From: Candidatus Tectimicrobiota bacterium
GTDB lineage: Bacteria; JACPUC01
DNA length: 58,109 bases
Direction of reading: 5' to 3'
Assembly (NCBI GenBank): GCA_016192455.1
Contig: JACPUC010000001.1
Span: 248,001-306,109 of the forward strand
Position 1 is the first letter of the stretch, and each line of letters begins with the position of its first letter. Shown here piece after piece: positions 39,692-48,917 of this stretch. Below the pieces are notes generated by a model. It had not been told where the DNA came from and did no database searches. It saw nothing but the letters and a program-made list of their open reading frames with translations. A program made the translations under genes and the position numbers.

Positions 39692-40561
39692 CTACGCCGC
39701 CTCCAGCACGGTCCACTCGATGTCGGCGTAGTCGGCGACCTTCTTGCGCACCACCATATTTCCCTCGAGCTTGCCGTAGATCAGCTCGTTGAGGTCGCTC
39801 TCGGGGCGCGGGTTGATGAGGAGCTCTTGGTTGTTGCCGACGTTGAGGAACATCTCGCGGTGGTTCGCTAGGTCGGCGGCGGCAATGTTGCGAAAGCCGA
39901 GGGCGTAGCGATGAGCGCGGCGCTGCGTGCGGCGCATGGTCTGCACCACGCCTTCGAGCTGCACCTCCTCGCCGGGGTCGAGAATGTCGGCGGCGTAGTT
40001 GGCGAGGAGGAACCGCGTCGGCTCGACGTAGACGCCGCCGACCACGCGCCCCAGCTCGATGTAGCCGGCCGGGTTCGCGGCGTCGGCGATGTGAAAGAAC
40101 CACCACTGGAACGACTGCGCGAAGTAGGCGACGCCGTTGAGATGGCGCGGCGGCAGTTCGGAGGCGGCTGCGCCGCTGGTGATGAGGCCGGCGGTGATGA
40201 AGGACGCGCCCGAGGCGCCGCCGCCGGTGTTGTTGTGAGTGAAGGTCGCCACCAGCGTCGCCACGCCGTTCCAGTCGCCGGCCGTATCGCCGAGGTTCGA
40301 CGTGTGACCCCACAGCCGCACCGTCGCCGCGCTGGTGAGGTTGTGATGCAGGAAGGCCCAGGCTTTGAGCTGCGTGGCCGCGCCGAAATCGAACTTCAGC
40401 CAGGCCGCCGACTCATCGGCGAGGCGCGTCACCTTGCGGATGCGGGCATCTCGCACGTTCGCCACCGGGTACTGTGTGGCGTCGGTCGGGGTGGCTCCGG
40501 TCAGCGTGACGCCGCCGGCGTCGGTGAGGAAGTTATGCAGGATGCGGATGTTCGTCGCCAT
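39692..40561 (-). CDS. Phage minor tail (distal-tail-like) protein
   Basis: YPVANV.D....K..R, W..FDFG, HNLT..AT, YIELGR..G; located after the tape measure. Confidence 0.65.
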   Translation of the reverse strand: MATNIRILHNFLTDAGGVTLTGATPTDATQYPVANVRDARIRKVTRLADESAAWLKFDFGAATQLKAWAFLHHNLTSAATVRLWGHTSNLGDTAGDWNGVATLVATFTHNNTGGGASGASFITAGLITSGAAASELPPRHLNGVAYFAQSFQWWFFHIADAANPAGYIELGRVVGGVYVEPTRFLLANYAADILDPGEEVQLEGVVQTMRRTQRRAHRYALGFRNIAAADLANHREMFLNVGNNQELLINPRPESDLNELIYGKLEGNMVVRKKVADYADIEWTVLEAA

Positions 40562-40576
40562 TATAAGTCCTTGAGT

Positions 40577-40635
40577 ATCCGCTGATTACACAGATTACGC
40601 AGATTCAATCTGCGGCATCAGCGCAATCTGCGGAT
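40577..40635. repeat. Family A palindrome
   Basis: 59 bp; 17 nt from start codon 40561. Confidence 0.9.
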
Positions 40636-40653
40636 TCTCCTTCGTCCCTGCAT

Positions 40654-41147
40654 TCAACCGTTCTGCGGGCCTCGGCGGTGAACCTTGCCGCAGCATGGGC
40701 AGCGGGGCACGTCGATCTTGCGCAGTTCGACGAGCAACTCCTGGCCGGCCCTGCGGCAATCGAGCTTCTCGAACCGGGCCCAGGTGTAGTGGGGGTATTT
40801 TTCGCCGAAGTACGTGCCGGGAATGCAGAAATCGAGCGTCTGCTCGGTCGGGAACCGTCTGTGCGTCGGGTCGGTGAAGCTGTTTTCCGTTTGCCAGAAC
40901 CCGGTGCGGACGTGCAGCAGGGCGCGCGGTTTCAGGAGCGATGGCACTCCTCGATGAAGGGCCAGAAGGCGCGCGGCGCGAGGTGCTCGATGATGTCGAG
41001 CGCCCACATCTCCTCGGCTCGCTCGTCCGCGAAGGGCCAGGGGAACGATTCGAGGTCGAGGATGAGATCGGCGGCGCCGCACTGGCGGAAATCGACGCCC
41101 AGAGCGCCGGGGATCGCCAGGTTTCCGCAGCCGAGGTTGAGGTTCAT
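40654..41147 (-). pseudogene. Class I SAM-dependent methyltransferase, frameshifted near 40937
   Basis: LNLGCG...VD...DL..FPWPF.D...IIEHL...EECHR then stop; another frame continues LKP..LLHVR...FTDPTHRRF. Confidence 0.8.
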
Positions 41148-41162
41148 GGCAAGCTCTTGGTT

Positions 41163-41222
41163 ATCCGCAGATTACACAGATTCCGCAGATTGAATCTGTG
41201 AAAATCGGCGCAATCTGCGGAT
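41163..41222. repeat. Family A palindrome
   Basis: 60 bp; 17 nt from start codon 41147. Confidence 0.9.
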
Positions 41223-41307
41223 CGTCTCCTACGAGCCATCGAGGCGCCGGTCGTCGCGGACAAAGAACTCGCCGCGGCTAGCTTCGCCCCTCACCCCCGC
41301 GAATTTA

Positions 41308-41370
41308 GAACCACAGATGAACACGGATAAACACGGATAATCAGTGTCCATCAGTGTTTATCCGTGGTTC
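41308..41370. repeat. Family B palindrome
   Basis: GAACCACAGATGAACACGGATAAACACGGAT/ATCAGTGTCCATCAGTGTTTATCCGTGGTTC; 2 nt after the tape-measure stop. Confidence 0.85.
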
Positions 41371-41372
41371 CC

Positions 41373-44372
41373 TCATGACCCGTTGATCCGGCCGTCGGCG
41401 TCGACGAAGAGTTCGCCGCGGCGGCCCATCTCGATGATCAGGCGCTTCATGTGGTCGCGCGTCACCTCGGCGATGACTCGGCCGTCGGTGACGAGCTGGA
41501 TCGTTTGGCGGTCGTTGATCTCGACATTGATGGGCGCGGGGCGTGAACCATTGCCGGCGGGCGTCACCTGCTCGCCGGCGTGGAGAAAGGCCAGGCCGGT
41601 GCGCGGCATCACGCCGCCTTCCTGGAAGGAGGGGATGCCGCTGAATCCGAGGCTCTGCTGGCGAATGCGGATGAATGTGCCGATCACGTCGGCTCCGGCT
41701 CCCTGCGTCAGGAGGTTGCGGGCCTCGTTCTGAATTTGCTCCCAGATGGCTTGGTCGCGGGCCGAAAGGCCGCCCTGCGCTCCCTGCGCCGCGGCGAGCG
41801 ATTGCGGCGACGGCAGCCGCGCCTGGGCGGCGAGGTCGAGGACGCGGCTGAGCTCGGTAGGGAATCCGGCCAGCGCTCCGAGAGCGAGGGTGAGCTGGCT
41901 GAAATCGGGCAGCTCCGCGCGGGCGGCCTGTGCGATCTCCGCCGCCGTGGGCGGCTCGCGGCGCCCGGCGAAGAGCGTGTTCAGCTCGCCCAGGCGCGTC
42001 TCGATGAGGCCGAGCTGAGCCAACCTCTCCGTGTTCGTGTCGATGGCGCGCAGCAAGTCCGCCTGCTCGTTGAACCCCGCCGCGGCGATGGCCCGCACCT
42101 CCTCCAGCTTCGATTCCAGCGCCGCCCGCACGGCCTCCTGGGCCGCCACGAAAGAGCCGCCCATGCCCAGCTCGGCGAGGACCGCTTGGTTCGCGTCGAT
42201 GATTTCCTGCTGCGCGCCGATTTGGGCCGCGAACGCGGCGTCGCTGATGTCGGCGAGGCCCTTCAGCTCGGCCACCATCTGATTCCGGCCTTCGCTGAAC
42301 TCGTCGATGGTCAGGTCGGCGTTTTGCGATTGCAGTTCGAGGAGCTGCTGAAGAACATTGCGGCCCTGGCCGACGAGGGCGAGGGCGGTGTCCGGCTGGA
42401 GGTTTGGCGCGGCGAGGCGGACGGCGATGTCGGCGCGCTGGCCCATCAGGCGGGCCAGGCGGGCGGCGCGGGCCTCCTCCGGAAGCAGGCCGCGCAGGGA
42501 CGCCTCGAAGGCTTGTTCCTCGATATCGGCGCGGGCGAGGCGCTGCTGACGGGTGAGGTCCTCGACGGCGCGGGAGGCGGCGGTGTTCTCCTGACGCAGG
42601 CGGTCGAGGACGGAGGCGAAGCGCGTCGCGGCGCTGGTCAGACCCTCGAAGATGTTTTGCAGCCCCTCCGGCCCGGCGCCCGCGCCGCCCTCGGCAAGGA
42701 CGCGGCTAAAGGCGGCGAAGCTCTCAAGGGCGCCCTTGATCTGCGCCTGGGCGGTGGGCGGGCGAAGCTGGAAGAGCGTGGCGCTCACTTCCTCGATGAC
42801 TCCGGCGAAGCCCTGGGCCTGCGCGAAGGTGCGCGCCGTGAACCCCTCGGCGGCTTTCTGGAGGGTTTCAAGAAACTGCGCGAACTCCTCGTTAAAGGCC
42901 CGCACGCGGTCAAGGTCGCCGGGCGAGGCGAAGACGCGGAAAAGCTCGGCGATCTGTTCGAGGCCCTGGACAACCACGCTTCCAGCGCCCAGGGACTCCG
43001 CCGTCAGCCCATGCTCCGGCGCCTCGCGCCCGAAAGGAGTCGCGCCCGTGACCTCGAACCCGGCGCCGGCGAGGCGAGACAAGAAGAGCGAGCGCTGGAG
43101 GTCGGCGCGCTTGCCAAGTTGGGCGTCGCTGAAGATGCCCTCGTTGCCCACCGGCAGCTCGAAGCGGCGGTTCACCACGCCGGAGAAGAAGCTGGCGGGA
43201 AAGGCTCCGCTGGTCGCCACGGCGCGCACACCAGCCTCGCCGCCAAGAAGGCTCACCACCCCCTCGGCCACCGTGCCCGCCAACTCCCGCGTCGGGCCGA
43301 ACAGACGGAGACGGTTGCGGGTGACGCCGGAGAAGCGCTCGATGCTGGCGGGCAGGCCTGCGAGGCCGCCCGCCAGGCTGCCCGCGGCGGCTCCGCCGAG
43401 TGGTCCCTGGGCGAGGGCGGCGAGGCCGGCGTTGACGCCCTGCAGCGTGCCGCGCAGGCCGGCGAAGGACTCCTCGAGGAGCTTCGCCTGGCGCTCCAGC
43501 TCCTTGGCGCGGCCGGACTTGCCAAAGAACGAGAACGCCAGGGCGCCGAGGCCGACAGCGATGCCGATGGGGCCGAGGATCGAGGCGGCGCCGGCGGCTC
43601 CCGCGCCCGCCGAAAGCGCCGCGTCCGCGGCCAGGCCGGAGGCGAATGCTGGCGTGGCGCCCAGCGCGGCGGAGGAAACGGCGGCGCCGCCGCCGATCCC
43701 CAGCAGCGAGCCGACGCTGCGCCCGAGGCCGAGGAGGTTAAAGGCCGGCGAGACGCCCGCGCTCCCGCCGCCGCCGGAGCCGAATGCGGGTGAGGCGCCC
43801 GTGCCCCCAAGGCGGCCGATGGCGCCGAAAATCCCTTGCACGCTGGAGAGCGATCCGAGAACCCGTCCAACGCCGCCGCCCACGTTGATGCCGAAGTTGC
43901 GCAGCAGATTGACGATGTTGCCCAGCAGGCTCTGCATTGCTCCAAGCAGGCCAAGGCCGCGTTCCTGCTCGTCGTTGAGTTGCCGCATTTCGATGCTCGC
44001 CATTGCGGCGGCGCCCGCATACGTTCGCGTCCCCTCCTCAACCCCTTCAATGCTCTGCTGCAGCTCGTCGAACCGCTGAGCCGCCTGCTGGGGGGCGCGC
44101 ATCGCCGCCAAGCGCTGCTCATATGCTCCGAGGGCGTCGCGCTGTTTCGTCACCTGCTGCGCCACCGCCGCCGCAGTCCTCCCCAGGAGTTCCTGTTGCT
44201 GCTGCATGGGAACGAGTGCGCTGGCGGCCTGCTCGCCGCGACCCGTCACGCGCTCGAGCGCCCGCTCCAGCGCCTCGAACGAGGCGCGCAAGCGCTGCAC
44301 CGCCGGCTCCAAAGCCTGCGCCGCTCTGACAGCATCGTCGGTGGGGAAGTCACGGCTCGCTTCAGTATCCAT
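41373..44372 (-). CDS. Tail tape measure-like protein (start 44372 or 44444)
   Basis: About 1000 aa, Ala/Gly/Gln helical, central hydrophobic Gly-Ala segment, C-terminal FQEGG.MPRTG.A.LHAGE.V.P. Confidence 0.8.
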   Translation of the reverse strand: MDTEASRDFPTDDAVRAAQALEPAVQRLRASFEALERALERVTGRGEQAASALVPMQQQQELLGRTAAAVAQQVTKQRDALGAYEQRLAAMRAPQQAAQRFDELQQSIEGVEEGTRTYAGAAAMASIEMRQLNDEQERGLGLLGAMQSLLGNIVNLLRNFGINVGGGVGRVLGSLSSVQGIFGAIGRLGGTGASPAFGSGGGGSAGVSPAFNLLGLGRSVGSLLGIGGGAAVSSAALGATPAFASGLAADAALSAGAGAAGAASILGPIGIAVGLGALAFSFFGKSGRAKELERQAKLLEESFAGLRGTLQGVNAGLAALAQGPLGGAAAGSLAGGLAGLPASIERFSGVTRNRLRLFGPTRELAGTVAEGVVSLLGGEAGVRAVATSGAFPASFFSGVVNRRFELPVGNEGIFSDAQLGKRADLQRSLFLSRLAGAGFEVTGATPFGREAPEHGLTAESLGAGSVVVQGLEQIAELFRVFASPGDLDRVRAFNEEFAQFLETLQKAAEGFTARTFAQAQGFAGVIEEVSATLFQLRPPTAQAQIKGALESFAAFSRVLAEGGAGAGPEGLQNIFEGLTSAATRFASVLDRLRQENTAASRAVEDLTRQQRLARADIEEQAFEASLRGLLPEEARAARLARLMGQRADIAVRLAAPNLQPDTALALVGQGRNVLQQLLELQSQNADLTIDEFSEGRNQMVAELKGLADISDAAFAAQIGAQQEIIDANQAVLAELGMGGSFVAAQEAVRAALESKLEEVRAIAAAGFNEQADLLRAIDTNTERLAQLGLIETRLGELNTLFAGRREPPTAAEIAQAARAELPDFSQLTLALGALAGFPTELSRVLDLAAQARLPSPQSLAAAQGAQGGLSARDQAIWEQIQNEARNLLTQGAGADVIGTFIRIRQQSLGFSGIPSFQEGGVMPRTGLAFLHAGEQVTPAGNGSRPAPINVEINDRQTIQLVTDGRVIAEVTRDHMKRLIIEMGRRGELFVDADGRINGS

Positions 44373-44725
44373 ACCCTTGCCACTCGTTGCAGTCTGGGGT
44401 GAGGCCCGGAGTTCAAGCGTGCCCCGCTTCGCGCCCTCCACCACGCTGGCGGAGAGCTTTCGGTCCCCCGCGGGGCGGGCGCAGCATGGCGAGACATTGC
44501 CCTCCGGCTTGCGGCGTCGCTGTCAGTTGCTGTCCCGGCCGAAGGGAGAGGAAGGGTGCAATGCCGCACGTGCCAGCAGAGGGAGCGCCTGGCATCGAGG
44601 CGGAGGAGGCGAGGAACAAGCGTGGTCCCCGGAGCAGGCGCATCAGCGCGCGGCGGCTCTCACTCCCCCCTCACTTAGGGGTTGCAAGTGAACCTCCCGC
44701 GACGCGCCGCCGGCGCTCCTTTCAT

Positions 44726-44754
44726 TTGACAGGTGGGGTCCGCTGGCGTAGGCT
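44726..44754 (+). promoter_or_regulatory. Sigma70-type promoter for the MoxR operon
   Basis: TTGACA-17-TAGGCT. Confidence 0.6.
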
Positions 44755-44866
44755 ACCGGCGAGGCAAAGAGCCGTGACGGGGACCGCGCAGGGTGAGCTG
44801 CGCCGGGCGCGCTTGGGTGTTGGTATGTCGAAGCCCTGAGCGTCTTGGAACAGGGCGGAGGATGGC

Positions 44867-45724
44867 ATGGATCACACGAATGGGTTCGACCAATTCACGG
44901 GCACGAAGAAATACATCGTCTCCCAAGAGCTGCGGCATGCGGTCAACGTCTCCATCGCCCTTGGTCGGCCACTCCTCGTCAAGGGTGAGCCGGGCACCGG
45001 GAAGACGCTGCTGGCCCACAACATCGCGCACGGGCTCACCAAGCCGCTGCTGGTGTGGAACATCAAGTCCACGACGAAGGCGCGCGAGGGCCTCTACGTC
45101 TACGACACGGTGCAGCGCCTGAACGACAGCCGCTTCGGCGACAAGGATGTCTCCGACATCCGGCAGTACATCAAGCTCGGCCAGCTCGGCCAGGCCTTCG
45201 CAGCCCAGGAGCAAGGCGTGCTCCTGATCGACGAGGTGGACAAGGCGGACCTCGAGTTCCCCAATGACCTCCTCAACGAGCTGGACGAAATGGCCTTCCA
45301 CGTCGCGGAGACGGGGGAGACGATCAGGGCGAAGCAGCGGCCCATCGTCATCATCACCAGCAACTCCGAGAAGGAACTGCCGGACGCCTTCCTGCGGCGC
45401 TGCATCTTCCACTACATCGAGTTCCCCGCCCCGGAGATGATGGAGCGCATCGTCAAGGTGCACGTGCCGGACCTCACCCAGAGCCTCATGCGCGAGTGCC
45501 TGAAGAAGTTCTACTGGCTGCGCGAGATCGATGAGTTCCGCAAGAAACCGTCCACGAGCGAGCTGATCGACTGGATCATTGCGCTGCGGCGCGGCGGCAT
45601 CACTGAAGAGGCCCTGGCGGAGGAGTTTCCCTTCCTCGGCGTGCTGTTGAAGAACGAAATTGATGTCGAACTGTTCCATGGCCGCCGCAAGGGCATTTCG
45701 GGGTACCAGCATCGGTATAATTAA
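44867..45724 (+). CDS. MoxR family AAA+ ATPase (CoxD-like)
   Basis: RPLLVKGEPGTGKT, LLIDEVDKAD.EFPNDLL, TSN.EKELPDAFLRRC, KKPSTSEL.DW. Confidence 0.95.
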   Translation: MDHTNGFDQFTGTKKYIVSQELRHAVNVSIALGRPLLVKGEPGTGKTLLAHNIAHGLTKPLLVWNIKSTTKAREGLYVYDTVQRLNDSRFGDKDVSDIRQYIKLGQLGQAFAAQEQGVLLIDEVDKADLEFPNDLLNELDEMAFHVAETGETIRAKQRPIVIITSNSEKELPDAFLRRCIFHYIEFPAPEMMERIVKVHVPDLTQSLMRECLKKFYWLREIDEFRKKPSTSELIDWIIALRRGGITEEALAEEFPFLGVLLKNEIDVELFHGRRKGISGYQHRYN

Positions 45725-45872
45725 CGAATGTCTACAGGATATGAAATTCGCATTGCCAAGCCGGGAAACAGTTGAGGACCCAACCTCGAGAGAAGATCGT
45801 GAAGCTGTTGGTTGCCGTTACTCGGTGCCTTGATCACAGCTCGTGAGGTAACGAAAGGAGTACGAAAACCAG

Positions 45873-46325
45873 ATGGGCACCTGTAGCCGCTTAGCAACCA
45901 TGCTGGATGCTGAGATGTTGGCACGTCATGGGGTTAGTATTGCTCCTCCAGGAACGCCCGATGCGTCGTTGCCCTCAAAATCAGGTCGTCGTGTTGCGTG
46001 GGAACTAGGTGTCCGCTATTTGCTTAAGTACGTGTTTGATTGGCAAATCGACGTCATTACGAAAGGGACTGAGAAGAAGCAGTACGTCACACCAACTCCC
46101 TATTCCCCTGAAGACGTGATGACCTGGCTTGCGCTTCCCGCGCCTAATCAACCTCGGAAGTACGTTCTCGTTCTCAAGGCGGAAGCGGTAAGGGATATTA
46201 AGGGGCGTCGCTGGATCCGCTTTGGCGGGGGAATTGAATTCATTCTCCCGGCTGGTTTTTCCGCGGATGCGATCGCGGATGTCGGCACATCCCCAGGAAC
46301 CCAATGGCCCCTTCTCGTCAGCTAG
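45873..46325 (+). CDS. Hypothetical protein with toxin-like motifs
   Basis: AAAGGAG RBS; YVTPTPYSP....LALP....Y...GGGIEF; AT-richer than its flanks. Confidence 0.6.
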   Translation: MGTCSRLATMLDAEMLARHGVSIAPPGTPDASLPSKSGRRVAWELGVRYLLKYVFDWQIDVITKGTEKKQYVTPTPYSPEDVMTWLALPAPNQPRKYVLVLKAEAVRDIKGRRWIRFGGGIEFILPAGFSADAIADVGTSPGTQWPLLVS

Positions 46326-46336
46326 GAAGTCGGTGT

Positions 46337-46792
46337 ATGCCGTTATACAATCTGCTCACTGAGCTTGCTGATATATTTGATTCCGTGTTGCGACAACAGG
46401 AATACGTGAAGTTTGAAGACCCTGGAGAGAGACATGGCAGTTTAGAAACAACATGGGTACTTCGGGACAAGCAAAGTATCTCCCGGTATATCACCTTAGC
46501 TATCACAGAAGAAAATGCTGGTGAAATTCCTTCACTGCCCCGCATTGAAATTTGGATAGGAGTCGATGATCATACGTCCTATGTTCGACAGCTTGTGAGT
46601 AGTTTTCTCTTGTGGTTTTGGCCTCCACCGAGCTCTGAATTCAAACACGTTCTTCAAGAAAAGGCTGAACATGCGCTCAACCGAGTCAACAGCTTAAGCA
46701 CCGGCGACCTTACAGAATCCTATGCCTATTTGACACCTGTAGCTAAAGTGCCCAAACGTATCCAAGAATGCGATGAACCGGGAAGGGAATAA
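46337..46792 (+). CDS. Hypothetical protein (possible immunity/partner)
   Basis: Clean 151-aa ORF 11 nt after the previous stop; AT-rich. Confidence 0.6.
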   Translation: MPLYNLLTELADIFDSVLRQQEYVKFEDPGERHGSLETTWVLRDKQSISRYITLAITEENAGEIPSLPRIEIWIGVDDHTSYVRQLVSSFLLWFWPPPSSEFKHVLQEKAEHALNRVNSLSTGDLTESYAYLTPVAKVPKRIQECDEPGRE

Positions 46793-46928
46793 GTAAAGTT
46801 GAGACACTGCATCTTACGCGCCTGGATGTTGGGAGCTTCGGCGCGGGAATTATAGTATTCCTACACCGTCCTCTCCCATCAAAGTAAACAACAGCCCGTG
46901 AGGTACTGCGGGCGAGGAATCATCTCCT

Positions 46929-48104
46929 ATGTTCATCGACTTCTTCAGCACCCTTCGGAAGTACCGCGTGCCGGTCAGCCTGACGGAATGGTTGACCCTG
47001 ATGGAGGCGCTGCGCCAGGGGCATGCGCTCTCCAGCCTCTACGTCTTCTACCACTTGGCGCGCTCCATCCTGGTCAAGGACATCGCGTACTACGATGCCT
47101 ACGACCTTGCCTTTCAGGACTACTTCGAGGGGATCGAGTCGCCGGAAGAGGTGGCGCAGGATGTCCTGGAGTGGCTGGCGAACCCCAACAACGTCCTGCC
47201 GCCTCTCAGCCCCGAGGAGCTGGAGCAGCTTCGCGAGCTTGACCTCGACAAGATGCGGGAGTCGATGGAGGACCGCCTGGCTCAGGCGCGCTTGAATCGC
47301 CGCGAGCAGCAGGCGCGCAACGGCCAGGGGGAGGAGCGGCGTCGCGGCCGGGGCGGCCGCCAGGGCGGCGGGCAGGCCGAGGCCGAGGGCGAGGGGGGCC
47401 GGAGCGCCCTGCGCGCCGCCTCCGAGCGCCGCTTCAAGAACTACCGCGGCGACATCACCCTCGATGTGCGGCAGTACCGCCTGGCGCTGAAGCAGCTCCG
47501 CCTGTTCCACCGCATCGGCCCGCAGGACGAGCTTGACCTCGACGGCACCATCGACGCCACCTGCCGCAACGGCGGGGATATCGACCTCGTCTGGCAGCGC
47601 GAGCGCAAGAACACCATCAAGCTCCTCCTGCTGATGGACAGCGGCGGATCGATGCTGCCCCATGGCCGGCTGCTGAACCGGCTCTTTACGGCGGCGAAGA
47701 CCGCCACGCACCTGAAGGAGTTTCAGCACTACTACTTCCACAACTGCATCTACGACTGGGTGTACAAGGACATCGCGCAGCGCGAGACGGTGAGCACCCT
47801 GCAGCTCTTCCGCACCCTGTCGGCGGATTACAAGGTCATCCTGGTGAGCGACGCCATGATGGCCCCCGAGGAGCTCCTCATGCCCTATGGCTCCATCGAC
47901 TACTACCAGCAGAACGAGCTGCCGGGCATCGAGTGGTTGAAACGCCTGGCGCGCCACTTCACGCACACGGTCTGGCTCAACCCCGAGGAGACGAACTACT
48001 GGGTGCATCCGACGGTCACCCTCATCAAGCGGGTGTTCCCGATGTTCCCGCTGACGCTCGACGGGCTTAGCCGCGGCTTCAAGAAACTCATCGTGCGGAG
48101 CTGA
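46929..48104 (+). CDS. vWA domain-containing CoxE-like protein
   Basis: VPVSL.EWL.L..AL, ELDLDGTI.AT..N.G, MDSGGSM, YYFHNCIY, DA.MAP.EL, VWLNP. Confidence 0.92.
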   Translation: MFIDFFSTLRKYRVPVSLTEWLTLMEALRQGHALSSLYVFYHLARSILVKDIAYYDAYDLAFQDYFEGIESPEEVAQDVLEWLANPNNVLPPLSPEELEQLRELDLDKMRESMEDRLAQARLNRREQQARNGQGEERRRGRGGRQGGGQAEAEGEGGRSALRAASERRFKNYRGDITLDVRQYRLALKQLRLFHRIGPQDELDLDGTIDATCRNGGDIDLVWQRERKNTIKLLLLMDSGGSMLPHGRLLNRLFTAAKTATHLKEFQHYYFHNCIYDWVYKDIAQRETVSTLQLFRTLSADYKVILVSDAMMAPEELLMPYGSIDYYQQNELPGIEWLKRLARHFTHTVWLNPEETNYWVHPTVTLIKRVFPMFPLTLDGLSRGFKKLIVRS

Positions 48105-48345
48105 TCCACCTGCTCCCAGGCGGCGGCGGTCCTGGCGCTGGGCTGCCCGCGGGCGTCACCGTGGTTGACGAACCGGCGGGCGCGCTCACAGGGGGGGCAT
48201 TCCCGCGGCGGTCGACGTGCCGCTTGGTCGGGGGGAATGTGCTCGACCGAGCGTGCCGGCTCCTTGTCCCGCCACCGCTGCTCAACCCCTCCGCCGGTCC
48301 GGTAAAACGCCAACGTCGCGACAGGCGGCAGGAAGGACGAGCCCC

Positions 48346-48783
48346 ATGGATCGACGCTTCACGCACGAGGTGCGGGTGCGCTGGCGGGATACCGACACGG
48401 CCTCGGAGGTCTTCTACCCGAACTACTTCGCCTTCGTGACCGATGCCGAGACCGAGTTCTTCCGCAGCCGCGGCCTGCCCCAGCAAGAGCTGATCCGCCG
48501 CTGCGGCATTTACCTGCCGCGCGTCACCGTGCACGCGAGCTTTCGCGCCCGCACCCACTGGGATGATCTTCTGCAGGTGGCCATCTGGGTGGAGGAGCTG
48601 GCGGAGAAGCGCTACAAGCTGGGGTTCGAGATCACCCGGCAGGCGACGGGCGAGCTGGTCTCCGACGGCTACATCGTCAACGTTTGCGTGGATGCCGAGA
48701 AGCGCAAGAGCCGCCCCATCCCGGCTGAGATTCGCGACATCCTGCAGCCGCTCTGTCGGCCTCACGCGGTGCGGGCGAGCTGA
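48346..48783 (+). CDS. Acyl-CoA thioesterase (4-HBT/YbgC hotdog family)
   Basis: VRVRWRDTD....V.Y.NY...AE.EF, V.VD......RPIP. Confidence 0.88.
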   Translation: MDRRFTHEVRVRWRDTDTASEVFYPNYFAFVTDAETEFFRSRGLPQQELIRRCGIYLPRVTVHASFRARTHWDDLLQVAIWVEELAEKRYKLGFEITRQATGELVSDGYIVNVCVDAEKRKSRPIPAEIRDILQPLCRPHAVRAS

Positions 48784-48917
48784 GCCGGCATGATCGATGG
48801 GCAGACCTGGAGGGGCTGTGCTATCCTAGCCCGGCGCTGGGCCCGGCGCTGGAGAGGAGGGGTACGGCATGCTGCGTCGGCAAGCCGGCGCGCCACCGCC
48901 CGAGGATAGGCAGGCTG

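Noticed and set aside
36260-41222. 59-60-bp palindromes as integron attC sites
   Set aside because: Size is similar, but I saw no RYYYAAC/GTTRRRY ends, there is no integron integrase, and the flanked genes are mostly core tail genes.
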